Origin: Octopus vulgaris
Taxonomy: Eukaryota
Assembly (NCBI GenBank): GCA_951406725.2
Contig: OX597817.1
Coordinates: forward strand, 125,240,001-125,304,000
Direction of reading: 5' to 3'
Length of the DNA: 64,000 nt
A program made the translations under genes and the position numbers. Below the pieces are notes generated by a model. It searched no databases, was not told the DNA's origin, and was given only the letters and a program-made list of their open reading frames with translations. Positions 39,923 to 53,035 of this stretch are shown here, piece after piece; the first letter of the stretch is position 1, and each line of letters starts with the position of its first letter.

Positions 39923-40914
39923 GAATATAAGTATGTATATATGTATATATATATGTCTGTATATGTATACATATGTGTGTATCACTGAAATTAACATTCA
40001 AACGTCATTTCAAGTTAATTATAATAATTTTTTTAAAGTATTTCCCTAGTTAGTAGCTATGAACCTATTCCAGGAAGTTAGAAAATCTGCAATACAAAAA
40101 CAAAAGCAAAAAAGAAAGAAAATAGACAAACCAACCCAGAAACACTAAATCTCTTACACATTTAAATAAACTAGTAAATATAATATCACTAAACACATTT
40201 TTAAACATTGCAATTAATTTACAACAAAATATCATCTTTGAAATAGCTTCCCCCACCACCTTAAGAAGTATTTTCCAAAACTCATTGGCCAAAAATTAGT
40301 TACATTTATGCCAGCAAATTGCCATCTGTTTGCTCTTTATTATTTTGTTTGGCAAGTTTAATAGCAGAAAATACAGAAACAATAATTTTTGAAGCATAGT
40401 TTAAAGAGGGATTTTGGATTATGGTACAATAATTCTTTGATGATATCAATCCTTAGTAAAATGAATGCCAGCTATAAATAGAGTATTAAAAGAAGAATAA
40501 ACAGTATCTGACAGAAGCGAAAGTTCTGAAGTAGCAAAGCAAAGAATAATAAAAATAAAAATAAAAAGATGTAGAGGATTACAAAACAATAAAATGAGAT
40601 CAATATACTATAAACAGCCACAGAAAAACATCTGCTTCGTCTAATCCTTTTTTGCAGATCAATTAGGATTCTGTATTCTATATCTTCAGACTAATCAATC
40701 AGGTCAGAAAAAGTTAAATAGAAACGATATTTCACAGAGATATAGGATTAAACATTAAATTTAAATGATTGCTTTTTGTTTTCAACTGAAGTGCTTTAAT
40801 ACAAAGAGGATAAACTGTACTTAAATAAAAAAATATATATTTATTTTTATTAAAGTACAGCTGTCAACACAGATAATTTTATTTACATCATAAATATACT
40901 GAGTGATGGAATAC

Positions 40915-41135
40915 TGGCCCATTATCATTCATCCAAGAATTGTCAGCATGCTGAGCAAAATGCTTAGCAGCATTTCGTCCATCTTTACATTTTGAGTTCA
41001 AATGCTGCCAAGGTCATCTTCGCCTTCCATCCTTTCAGGGTTGGTAAAATAAGCACCAGTTGAGCAATAGAGACTATGAACTCAACTTAGCCCCTTCCCT
41101 CAATTTGCTGGCCTTGCACCAAAATTTGAAACGAT
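40915..41135 (+). mobile_element. SINE family B
   Basis: GAGTTCAAAT...GCCTTCCATCCTTTCAGGGTTGGTAAAATAAGCACCAG. Confidence 0.75.
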
Positions 41136-41159
41136 TATTATTGTCATTACTATTATTAT

Positions 41160-41355
41160 TATTATCCTTTCTACTGAAGGCACAAGGCCTAAAATTTGGG
41201 GGGAGGGGAAATAATAATGATAATCCTTTCTACTGAAGGCACAAGGCCTAAAATATTTTGGGTAAGGGGAAATAATAGTGATAATGATAATAATTATTAT
41301 TTCCCCTCCCCCAAAATTTTAGGCCTTGTGCCTTCATAGAAAGGATTATTATTAT
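41160..41355. repeat. two direct and one inverted copy of a ~55-bp SINE-B tail unit
   Basis: ATCCTTTCTACTGAAGGCACAAGGCCTAAAAT twice, then its reverse complement, separated by TAA-like spacers. Confidence 0.85.
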
Positions 41356-41812
41356 TTTTATTTCACAGATCTTTGTTTTGATGCCGATTTTTCCATGATT
41401 AGGGTGATTTTTTTCTTTCTTTGGAACAACTGTTGTGGTTGTGTTAGCTCAGCAGCTCTGATCAGCAAACTTTCAGCTGTGGTAATATCGATCTCTTTTT
41501 TTGTTTTTAAAGAAAAGTATAACTTAGAATATATTACCTAACATATCTTTCCTTTTTTTAAGATAGCCGGGCATTATTTGAGGAATGTTTCATTGTAATT
41601 CCTTGCAGATCAAAGAAATATGTAGAGCCACCTATCAGCTAATGGTAAAAATTGGTTTAGTGTTCAGTAGCTAACCACTCAAACAAGAGAAGGTATAAAT
41701 AAGAGCAAGTTGGTTTATGTACTTTGCTCAGGGGTACAACAAAGCAACACAATACTTGTAAAATGATTTGACACTATGACTGAGAACAGTATTTTGCTAA
41801 GGTTATTTCTAC

Positions 41813-41914
41813 ATTTACATTATTTACATTCAACGGATATTTGTCTTCATCTTGTTTGTTGTTAACAACAAACAAGATGAGGACAAATATCCGTCAAATG
41901 TAAATAATGCAAAT
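41813..41914. repeat. spacerless palindrome made from the PLE terminal repeat seen at 13235-13287
   Basis: ATTTACATT...GGATATTTGTCTTCATCTTGTTTGTTGTT|AACAACAAACAAGATGAGGACAAATATCC...AATGTAAAT. Confidence 0.85.
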
Positions 41915-42902
41915 AATGTACATAATTCTTCATCTCTTAAATATAGAACTGCATTTCTACAGATATTCTATAGAGATTATAGCCAGCCCTATTTTTTGCT
42001 ACAGCATTTCATATATGAGACATCAGAGGTAAACAATGAGATGGAAAATAAAAAAATGGGTAATGGGCATATATATTACAATGTAATTACAAATCATTAA
42101 AATGAGAACAGTAATTCAGAATTTTAACTTCAAAATCATTGGGTCTCAAATTACGGGGCTCAAACGAAGCATTTAGAAGACTATGTCATGGGACTCCATC
42201 TAAAGGCTACGACTGGCTGGTTTACATATTGGCGTGAAATAAAGCAAGAAGCAAATTGCACCAAAACCAACCAATCAGTGTAGCAGACACAACAGGGCCT
42301 AAGCAGCCAAAGGATGGCTGCTGCTATCTGGCGCAATGTTATATGTATGATGTTTCTCAAAGAGGGATAATGTATTTCACTAAATGCTACAAGTACTAGG
42401 TTTTAAAAGAATAAGTCTAGGGGTCAATTTGTTTGACTAAAACCCTACAAGGTGGTGCCCCAGTATGGCCACAGTGAAATGACTGAAACAAGCAAGATAA
42501 AAACAAAACAACTGTCCAACAACATTAACATGATGATCATTAACACTGCCATCATTTGTGTCACTCATATTCTATTAGATACCATAAAAACTTTGAAACC
42601 TTAAAAATGTGAAAAAACTGTCACAAAAAATTTTTTAAACAATATTTCCTAAATGCGTGATGTTATCTGAAACATGATCAATTCTAAAATATCAGCCTAG
42701 CAATTCTGTAAGGTTTTAATTTGGGGTATTTGGCTGTTACATTAAACTGTTTGAATATAAGGCCAATGTAGAAGATTATATGCAATCATCAAACCATCTA
42801 CAAAGAGCAGTCAAATTTCCTTCAAATTAAATTGTACTGTCTTTAAAGAGAAAGTGCTCATTAGATACTGTAGTTCTGGATCTAATTTGCTTGTCCAAAT
42901 TA

Positions 42903-43120
42903 AGGCGGCAAGCTGGCAGAATCATTACAGTGCTAAGCAAAATGTTTAGCTACATTTTGTCCATCTTTATGTCATGAATCCAAATTCGGTGTTGACTTTA
43001 CTCTTTACCTTTCCAGGGTCAATAAAATAACTACCTGTTGAATATCAGGATCCATTGTAATCAACTCATCCCCTCTTCTAAAATTGCCAGCCTTTTTTGT
43101 ACCAAAACTTTGAAACCAAT
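42903..43120 (+). mobile_element. SINE family B, degenerate
   Basis: GGCGGCAAGCTGGCAGAATCATTA...CCAGGGTCAATAAAATAACTACC. Confidence 0.65.
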
Positions 43121-43499
43121 TTGCCTGACAGAAGAAAAAGAAGAAAAAAAAAAAAACTAGTCACTTCTAGTTGACCTGGGCACAGACAACAGACTGAACA
43201 GACAAATTGCATGAACGCTACCTCTGGCTTGTCACTCCAAAGTAGACAGAAAATGTTTTAAAACCATCAAAAACAAACTTCAAAATTTCATACAAAAGGT
43301 CAAATTTTACAGAAACCGCCAGCCAATATAATTGCAAAAATATAAATCAATAATATCGGATGTAAACATAAATTCTTTCTCCCTCTCTCTCTCTCGCTCT
43401 ATCTTTCTCTCTCTCTTACACACACACATAGAGGAAAAATACTTTTCTGAAAGATAATAGTTTCTTCTAAAAAAGATTTCAGTAACTGAAATCAAAACT

Positions 43500-43672
<173 letters not shown>

Positions 43673-45572
43673 ATATATTTTTCTGTAGTATGAAACATTG
43701 GAATATATCAGCAGACAGTTCTTACACCATTTTGTATATAATCATAGACAGCGATTTAGCTTATTCCAAGTCTGCAGTATTAACAAGTCACAAAAATGAA
43801 ACATTAATGTCTATCGCTCCTGACTAGGACCAGATGTGAGTTATCTCACTTGTGTATGACTTCTAGGCATATTAACATCAGGCACATTGATGAGAATATA
43901 TTCTCTTATACCTATAAAGCGCAGTCTACTCATGAACTAGCAAAACACAAGTATAATTATTATTGTTGTGCACTGCAAATCAATATATGAAGTGCAAAAT
44001 AAAAGGACAATCAGGTCCCATACTTGTATGTAGAATTATACAGAGGGCTATGGTACTATTACAACAACTGAATAAAATGCTGCCTTCTGCTTAAAACCAT
44101 AATATACTTTTGAAATATGACATATCTAAGCTGCTGAAAATAGTACATTACTTACACTCAGCTGTACCACAAATATATTTTGCTAAACATTATTATAGCT
44201 CTAGTTTTTCTTGTTGTTGATATTTTCAACTTACATAGTGTGAAAAGATTGGGTTTTTTTCCCCCACTTGAAACTCATTTTATTCAAGCATTACCAAATA
44301 AAATATTCTTTGGAGTACTTATAAAAGCCTATATTTGCCTGAGGAAATCCTGATACCCAGTGGATAGACAATGGAAGAAGGAGTTTTATTTCAGAAAGTT
44401 TCAAACTTTTATTGACAGACATTACAATTTCACATCCAAAATTTCTAACTTATATAATTATGCAACACAACAATATACTACAATGGTTACAAAATAGCAC
44501 AAATCAAGATATAAGCTTTGTGTGAATGAGGAAGATAAAATGAACAGTTTAGTGAATAATTGAAGAGAATGTACCTAATTTTCAGACAAATCCTTTTAAC
44601 ATGACTTAATGATAATAACAACAGTAGTAGCAACTCTCACATGATTTCAAATATTGTGGCCTGTTCACACAGCAGGTGTGTAAATTTTAAGACTTCCTTC
44701 ATTATAGAAGAAATAGATGGAAGTTTGGGATCTCTCACAGGCTGGAAGAAAAGAATATAGATAGGAGAATTTAGTAAAACTAAGCAACATTTCTTTGCAA
44801 CAGGAAATAATCCATGCAATGACAAAAGAATTTTGTCTTAGTTATGAAAAAAGGAAGTGGATTAAATTTTTCTTCTTAAGTAGTACAGAATGCAATGGGA
44901 GAAATTACCTCAAATTTTAAAAAAATGTTGACATTATCTACTGTATCTTTAAAATTGGTGACAGGCAAAACACAGGCTGAAATTATCAGACATACTTCTG
45001 ACAATATATCTCTGCCTTAAAGAGTTTCAATAAGGGGCACAAGAAACGATAGTCTATGGCAAGATCACATATATGTATAACAATATAGGGCAGTAGGCAA
45101 AGAAGATTTGAAGGAAGATGACATGTGATCAAAAGGCATCACAGTGAACTTGCAAATCCTAATGACCTCTGAATGCTACAATTACCATATTACCATCCTA
45201 GAACCATATCTGATGGAAAAAGAAAAAGAAAATTAAGATTAAGGATTCAGAGTAGAAATCCTAGTTTCAAAAATTTGTTGGAGTAAAACACATCCCAAAG
45301 ATGAATATTTGGAATATTTAGTGAAAACAAGGAAAATGAAAATAACTAAAAAGTAAAACAAACCCCAGTGTCCAGAACATCACCAGCTAAAACCCTGGTG
45401 GTAGTAAAGGAAATATTTTCCAGTACAGTACCACAAACAGTACCAAATACAAGTATCACTTCATTATCATGCATAAAGGATTAAATAATGGTTACATTTG
45501 ACAATCTATGAGGTGTCAGAGATCAACAGGAAAGGGAAAAGAAGTTTCAAAACAATTAAAATAAAACAACAA

Positions 45573-45656
45573 AAGGTGAAGCACAATTGTTTTGAAGAAA
45601 TTTTTCCTTTTCTCGGGAAAAGGAAAAATTTCTTCAAAACAATTGTGCTTCACCTT
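45573..45656. repeat. perfect hairpin with 40-bp arms and a 4-nt loop
   Basis: AAGGTGAAGCACAATTGTTTTGAAGAAATTTTTCCTTTTC-TCGG-exact reverse complement. Confidence 0.95.
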
Positions 45657-46281
45657 AGGGTTTTATTGATGAAAATGAAGAGGACAAAGCATAACTAAGA
45701 TTCAGCATCCTTTGAAAGTTAAACACAACGGAGAGACAAAATTATGCATCTGTTGTGTTATGTACTTTAGAAATTAAAATGATACAAAAAGATTTAGGTT
45801 CAGAATATAAGCCACATACAAAAGATAAACTACTTAAAACCCATAATGAATTTTAATATCAAACCCTAAAAATGTTGTAGTTCTTCAACACCAAGTATCT
45901 CAAAACATGCTTACCTGTGCATTTAGTTGCACTTGTAAGCAATTTGAAAATCAGTTATTGAGTGGGGCTGGGAGTACCCAAACACATCATAACCAGTAGT
46001 GAAATTTGATTGATGTTTGATTTTGAAATATGGTGGAAATTTATGTGGAGATCTGTCTTTTATGTCTGTGTGGCTGAGTGTGCTTGTATGTGTTTGTCTG
46101 TATTTCACAGATACCATTTAAAAATGGTTTCATTATTTATGTCCTGTACTTTAGTGGTTCAACAAACAGATGCTTAACAAAATAAGTATCAAACTTAAAA
46201 GTAAGGTGGCGATGTTCCAGCATGGCCACAGCCCAGTGACTGAAACAAAATAGCAGGATTAAAAAAATACTGTTCAAAATC

Positions 46282-46516
46282 TTATTTCTTTATTGCCCAC
46301 AAGGGGCTAAACATAGAGGGGACAAACAAAGTCAGACAAACGGATTAAGTCGATTAAACCGACCCCAGTGCATAACTGGTACTTAATTTATCGACCCCGA
46401 AAGGATGAAAGGCAAAGTCGACCTCGGCGGAATTTGAACTCAGATTGTAGCAGCAGACGAAATACCGCTAAGCATTTCACCTGGCGTGCTAACGTTTCTG
46501 CCAGCTCACCACCTTC
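46282..46516 (-). mobile_element. SINE family B, full length, young
   Basis: Clean reverse complement of the family with CpGs retained. Confidence 0.9.
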
Positions 46517-47044
46517 AAATCTATTATGGTCAATAAAATTAAAAGAAAGACAGCCCTTAGCAAAAGCAGTGATTTTTTGTCTACTACAAAAAAAAATCAA
46601 GAACAAAATAATATAAATAAAATAGACAAAACATCGCTGATATCAAATATATAAGAATTATGTAAGACTGGTTACTCGTATTTGTTTGCTTATATGATAT
46701 ACTAATTCATACCAGTGTGGGAACTTTTAAATAGTCATTTGATCAGCTAAATTAGCAGCCAGTCTCTCTCATATCACACTCTACTGCCTCTGAAGAAGAT
46801 CATATGAGATATTGTAGTAGATAAAGTAATCAGAAATAATCTGTTAGAAAATGACATGATAGTTGCAGCTAGAGCACCTTTGATCATGAGTCTAGTCGGT
46901 CAATGCTAACCAGAGGCTAAATAACAGCAACATCATTAATTACCTCCTAACATTTCTTTAACTTTAATTAAGTGTCTATGCGAAAAACAGATTTATTTTT
47001 GGTTTTGACAATCTATACACCCAATCTTATCTCTATGTTGCAAA

Positions 47045-47260
47045 GTACTTTGTTCACTGCACACACGCTATTTACTAACCACACCAGAGGTCTGGTTCTT
47101 GTACACACAGCAATATGGTTTGTGTACACAATAAACACGTTTATCATTCATACAGTGTTTGCTGTATACACCATAACTTGCCATTATACACACAACAGTT
47201 TGTTTACAGTACATACACTGTTCAGTAAACATACTATGCTTAACCATTGTACATACAGAA
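47045..47260. repeat. degenerate ~18-bp minisatellite
   Basis: Recurring TGTTYACTGYACACAC-like units; 6-aa periodicity (LFTxHT) in ORF 46972-47277. Confidence 0.45.
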
Positions 47261-47577
47261 GTTACGTCCATGCATAAATGGCAGTTAATTTACTGAACTA
47301 AAATTTGCTGATTGTATTTTTATACATTCTAGTTTTACTTATTTCAGTGACAGGTCTACAGCCATGGTGGGGTAAGCGCCTTCCAGGGTTTCATAGAACA
47401 ACTCAACCACTGTAATTCCTCTTTTATTCTGTCTAGTATTTATTATACCACTCTCTCTTGCTAAGGTGCTAACTTGCTGAGAGATAAACAAACTAAAATT
47501 GGTTGTAAAGGAGTGCTGGGGACAAATACAAAGGCACACATATACATACAAACATAAATACATTTACACACACACAT

Positions 47578-48484
47578 ATCATCATCATCATTTAACATCT
47601 ACTTTCCATGCTTTAGCATGGGTTGGACAGTTTGACAGGAGCTAGCTAGGCAGAGGTCTGCACCATGCTTTGCAATCTGTTCTGACATGGACTTTTTTTT
47701 ACATCTGGACAACCACTTTGCCATGTGGATTGGATGCTTTTTATGTGGCACCAGCACTGGTGGAGTCAACAAGTAACTTGCAAGACAAAGATCCCTTGAG
47801 AGGTGGTGTGACATTAGAGGAGGTGATCTTGTGCTAGATATTAAAACGTTAGAGTATGACAGAGAGATAGAAACAGGTGTCTTAATGTAGAGGAGTACAT
47901 GGTTACCTGGTCACAGATAGATAGATTGATAGAGAGAGTGTGTGTGTGAGAGGGGAGGGAGAAGGAGTGATCAAGATTGAGGTCAGTTACAGGTGTGATG
48001 CTGTAGAGGAGGTACATGGTTAACTAGTCAGCAGGAGAGAGCAAGAGGAAGAGACGGACTGAAAGAGAGCAAGAAAAAAAGAGAGAGTGGAAGAGATCAA
48101 GAATGCAAGAAAGCAGGAGAGAGATGGTGGTGAAGTGTCAGGGCATTCTCACAAGGAACTGGGATCAGAATATAAATCAGCTGGTAGGGAAGAACAAGGG
48201 AGAGATAAGTAATGGTAAAGTGGAAGGGCATGCCTTCAAGATATAGGGTCAGAATATATAAATGGTAGGGTGTTGACAAGGTGAATGATTAGGGAGTAGA
48301 GACTTCGCGTGAATGCAATGAATGTAGAGGTGGGTAGTAGTATGTAGTAACTGGTAAAACCTGGCCATATAGAGGGAGTGGAGAGATATTGTCATCTCTA
48401 CCACGAGGCCCAGGATCCTGAGATCGGTCCTTCCACTTCAGCCCATGTCTTCCTGGGTCTCCTTCTTCCATGGGTGCCAGCCAC
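47578..48484 (-). mobile_element. RTE-type LINE 3' fragment
   Basis: Minus frame GTHGRRRPRKTWAEV (RTE C-terminal GRPRKTW motif), a pyrimidine-rich 3' UTR, the family 3' end and an (ATG)n tail. Confidence 0.7.
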
Positions 48485-49868
48485 TCTGGGATCGGCTATT
48501 TTTCTCTATATCTGAATTTTGACCTGGGATCTATGTAGAGCCATCCTTTGACGAAGACTGTTTTTTGTTTGGCCTATGCATTGCTTTTGATACCCAGAGC
48601 AGGTTAGTGCGTATATCAGGTTCTCCGAAGCACATGTGAAGCTGCTTTTCACTGTGAAACGTTGTCCCTCTTTGAAGGAGAACTCTGATCCCTCGATTAA
48701 ATTGACGCATATCCCGCAGTTGGGTCTTCCACATTTTTTTACTGACGGCTTCAGTGTTGTTGTTGAGCGTATTCAGTCTTGTGTTCGGAGACTTCAAAGA
48801 TTTGGGCTATCTCTTACTTTTTATGACGGTGTGTATTTGGAGGATTAAGTTCATTCTGTGGTCCCTTTTTAGGAGGGGAATGTCTTGAAGGTTTCATTTC
48901 ATTGTTAAGAGGGTTGTGTGTGGAGATGTCTGGTAGGACTTTTGGTTGTAAATCCTTCTTTAATTTGGGATGTCTGAGTTCGTGGATGTTGGGTTGTAGG
49001 GCACGCTGAAAGTATATGTCAATTAGTGAAGGTGGGTAGTTCCTGGTGATGAGTGTATCCTTTAGTTCATGTAGTCGTGTGTTCCTGGTGCTTGCATTAG
49101 AAACTATAGAACATATCCTTTTTGCAAGGATATTCATTCTGGTATGGCATGAGTTGAACGGTGGATATTGCTTGGAGTCCGTAGTCTTATAGTATATATC
49201 TGTTTCTATTACGTTGTTAGATTTCTTAATTAGGATGTCGAGGAGAAGTTGTTGATGGCTATATTCCATCGTGAATTGTGTTTACGTCAAGTCCATTTAC
49301 AAGTGCTTGGAATTCTTTAAGTCTCTCTATACTTTCATGGCAAAGAATGAAACAGTCATCGAGGAATCTCTTCCAGTTATTTTCTCTATAGAAGGAGAAT
49401 GGGCTGCCGTATTTATCTAGAACCTTACGATAAAGATTAATTTCTAGATATCCCATGACTAGGTTAGCAAAGAAGCGGGACCATTCTCGTACCCATCGCA
49501 CTCCCCGATTTTTGTCGATAGAAGTTGTCTTTGAAGGCGAAGTAGTTATTCTCCAAGATGAAGTTTAACCCTTCTATCATGAATTTTTTTGATGCGATGT
49601 GGGAGTTCGTTGGCGTAATTCTCTAGCCAGAATTGAATTGCATCTGTTCCTAGGTTGTGGGGGATATTGGAATAGAGGCTGACTACATCGAAGGATACTA
49701 GTAGGGTGTTTTTGTTTATTGTTTCAGGAAGGTGATTGAGCATATCCAGGTCGTCCCTTATGTAGCATTTGTCATACTTGAGGAATGGTTTTAAGAGGGT
49801 ATCTAAAAAGTTATTGAGGCGGTGGGTTTCGCATGCGGGACCTGCTATTATAGGTCTCAATTTGAGGT
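48485..49868 (-). mobile_element. Penelope-like element RT plus GIY-YIG endonuclease, truncated and frameshifted
   Basis: LRPIIAG; LVSFDVVSLYSNIPH; QKSGSAMG; FANLVMGYLE; WKRFLDDCF; TDIYYKTTD; ENLIYALTCSGYQKQCIGQT...RQRMALHR. Confidence 0.92.
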
Positions 49869-52414
49869 GAAGTCTATTCTCGCAGTGGGTGTCATTAATC
49901 TCATCATAACATCTCCCCTTTTGAGATCTTGACTTCCGTAGAAAATGAAATTTTTTTTATTCCTTTCCAACACTTTTTTCTTTTTGAAATTTTGCTTCCG
50001 TAGGGAATTCAGCCCCTTTTCTGCTTGGAAATTATTTCTAAATGTTCAGTCTGTTTACGTTATCTGCTATTGTTCCTTCTAGGCTCAATCTCTTTCGGTG
50101 CTGACACATCGAACATGTAAAACATTTCCATTGGAATTTCCTTCCTTTCTTCTGTATGCTTGATTTTTAATTAATTTAGGTGTCGTTTATGCTCCCATCG
50201 TTGACCTTCTATTAAATACACCAAGTTTCCAATACTTTTAATCACTACACTATCCTGCCAACTCTCTACCGTTTTTGTATACTTTGAAATGGACTTTTTC
50301 TCCGACATCAAAATGTTTAGTTAAAATTTTTGTATTTTCTCTATACGCTTTTTCCTTTGGCAACAATTTGTTGAAGATTGATTTAATGCTTCGAGCGAAC
50401 ATTAGCTCTGCAGGCGACTTGCCTGAAATAGTATTCGGATTGGGCGTTATTCTGTACACCCTTAAGAATTTAGTTTGCGTTTCGTTATTTCCTAACTAGT
50501 TATATGCATTTTAAGTGCTCGATTGAAATTATCTACGAATCGTTCTGTTTGCCCATTTAACCTCGGGTAGTAGGCGGGGTCAACATATGCTTGATTGCAT
50601 GCATTTTGTAAGATTTTTTGAACTCGTATCCTGTAAATTGTGTTCTATTGTCCGATACTATAGTGTCCGGAACATCGTATCGAGCGGAAAGTTCGTGCAG
50701 GAAATTTATTGTTGCCTTCGAGGTAAGTTGACTACACATGCATACTTCTGGTCACTTGGTAAAGCTATCAACAATGATCAAGCAGTACGCACAATTTATT
50801 TCTTATACAGAACAGAATTAGGGACTTACAGACCAGAATCCAACAACTCCAACCAGACCGTGCCGAACAGACTGGTTGTGTTTTTTTTACCACGAAATCT
50901 TTTTCACTACAGGTTTTTATCCCGAAATGCGATATCACTCCACATTTCGCCTACGAAGTGCAGTTTTTAACCTATCACGCCTCGTGCAAATTTTGGTGTT
51001 TTTCTTAATATAGGTATCCCAATTCTTTTCCACGTGTCGGTATTAATAATCGAGATATCGCTACCAGTGTCTAGTTGTAATTTAATATTCACTTAATTTA
51101 CTTTTACATGTATAAGTTCCTTCTTTTTGGTGTCGCTTCTACTTGCCGATCAGAAAACTTTAGAATTTTATATGTTCGACCTTCCTAACTTTGCTCTGGG
51201 TTGTGAGCTCTTGTGTCCTACTTTTTAGCAACTGTAACATTTTTGCGTTTTGAAAGGATAATCCTTCTTGAAATGTAGGGTTCCATATATGTAGCATGGG
51301 TTTAATCTTAATATTTTTTGCCTATACCTTCCTGGTCGGCACGCTTGTACTTGTGAGAACTCTTTCTTTTCAATTTTCTTCACGTCCTGACGAAAGTTTA
51401 CCATTCTTTGATACTCCTCTGCAACTGCCTGCAGGGTTATGCTTTGGACCACTTGTTCGAATTCATGAGAATTCTTGCACATATCTCCGCATTATTCTTT
51501 ACGATAAGCCCTTGCACAAAAATTAGGCACTTAAACACATCAGGAATTAGTTCCTTCAGTTTAAACCTTTCGCACATTCGGTTTACAGTACTGGCATACG
51601 TAACAAGTCTTCATCTGATTTTTGTAACTAGATTCCAACACCACCAACGAGTGTTAATAAGGGAACTCCTATCACTGAATACTTTTGATAGTTGTTCGCC
51701 TGTTTCTTGGAAACAAATTTCACTAGTTTTGGGGGATAGCATGCGCTAATTTACGTAATAATAGTCTTACTTTTTGCTGTCTGTCCACGACTTGCATTCT
51801 TCCTTGAAGATTTCTTCGTACATTCTAAAGAACGCTACAAACATCATACCATCCTCTGCTATAGAATTCGATATGCCATCTAGCGAAAACGAACTTATAG
51901 TGTTTCTGGACTTCTTAAGACATAGCTCCATTAACTGATGTTTGTCTTGTTGCTTTAGTAGTTGTTTCTGCAACTCCTGTTGCTGTTCTTCGTGCTGTTT
52001 TTGAAACTGTATTGTAAAAGCTAATAGGTCTTCCATTATTAACTACTTTGTATCACAAAAACTTAACTCACCTGCATGAGCTTTGAATCCTCGACGCCCA
52101 TTTTTATAACGTGGTTACTCGTCGCCAATTATTGTAGTATCACCACTATTAATGATCATACTTGTTTACACTATGACCGTGTAGTAACAATAAAATATAT
52201 AACGAAGTAGGGTAACATCTTCATGACAATCCAACAAACTCTTCACAAACTATACACAAACCAACAAACGATATTCCAACAAACTGTCAAAACGACACCT
52301 TACGACCTCAAGGGACTAACGCCTATTCTTTCTGTCTCTCAGTCAGACCGCTACTATTTATAGTCGTTCGGTCAAGTCTAGTCTCGCAGAGGGTGTGTGA
52401 ATCTCGCCACAACA
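49866..52414 (-). mobile_element. Gypsy/Ty3 LTR retrotransposon (Mag/K02A2.6-like), internally deleted
   Basis: 5' LTR 52414-52133 (TG...CA, TATAAATAG) and PBS TGGCGACGAG. gag with Zn-knuckle remnants, protease LQLDTGSDISII, integrase VPDTIVSDN...NGQTERFV...YRITP...GKSPAELMFAR. PPT AAAAGGGGAGA and a 46-bp 3' LTR remnant at 49911-49866. Confidence 0.9.
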
Positions 52415-52580
52415 GCTTCAAAGAGACTGACGTTGAAGAAATGATGCTAGAGCAGTGAAATATTGGATGAATTAATTTCAACACCTCGTATTAATAACTC
52501 TATTGTTTGTTTCCAGGTAAACTGATAACTGACTGTTGAAAGAAGACTTCAAAAGTAACTAGTAGCTACTTCTCTTGAAA

Positions 52581-53035
52581 ATGGACAAAATTTGGCATTG
52601 CGGTGTTATCGAGTACCTGCAGAAAAATGGCTTAGCTCCCAAAAGAAATTCATGCTGAGATTGTAGATTAAATTAGGGGATAACATTCGAGCTTTACCAA
52701 CAGTGCAAAAATGGGCAGCTGAATTTAGGAGGGAAAGGGGAGTCTTGAAGAAGACCTTAGGTATGGATATCCTGCAACTGCTACACTGAGGAAAACATTG
52801 ATCATGCTCACCACATGGTGATGGATGACAGGGACTGACTATAAATCAAATAGCCAATGCTATTAGCATATCCCTTGAGAGAGTTGAGAATATTCTGCAC
52901 AATGAGCTTGAAATGCTGAAGGTTTCTACTTGGCAGGTGCCCCATCTGACAGCTGACCAAAAGTATACCAGGTAAAATCTGACATTGTTTTAAGCAGATC
53001 TATCTGGTTTCCTTGAATGCTTCCTAATCTAGTAT
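52581..53035 (+). mobile_element. mariner transposase pseudogene fragment (N-terminal half)
   Basis: MDKIWHCGVIEYLQKNGLAPK...TVQKWAAEFRR...EENIDH...LTINQIANAISISLERVENILHNELEMLKVSTWQVPHL (degenerate WVPHxL), with frameshifts. Confidence 0.85.

Noticed and set aside
44580-45460. Purine-rich segment as a host exon
   Set aside because: Stops in all frames examined and no motif; possibly ancient TE debris.
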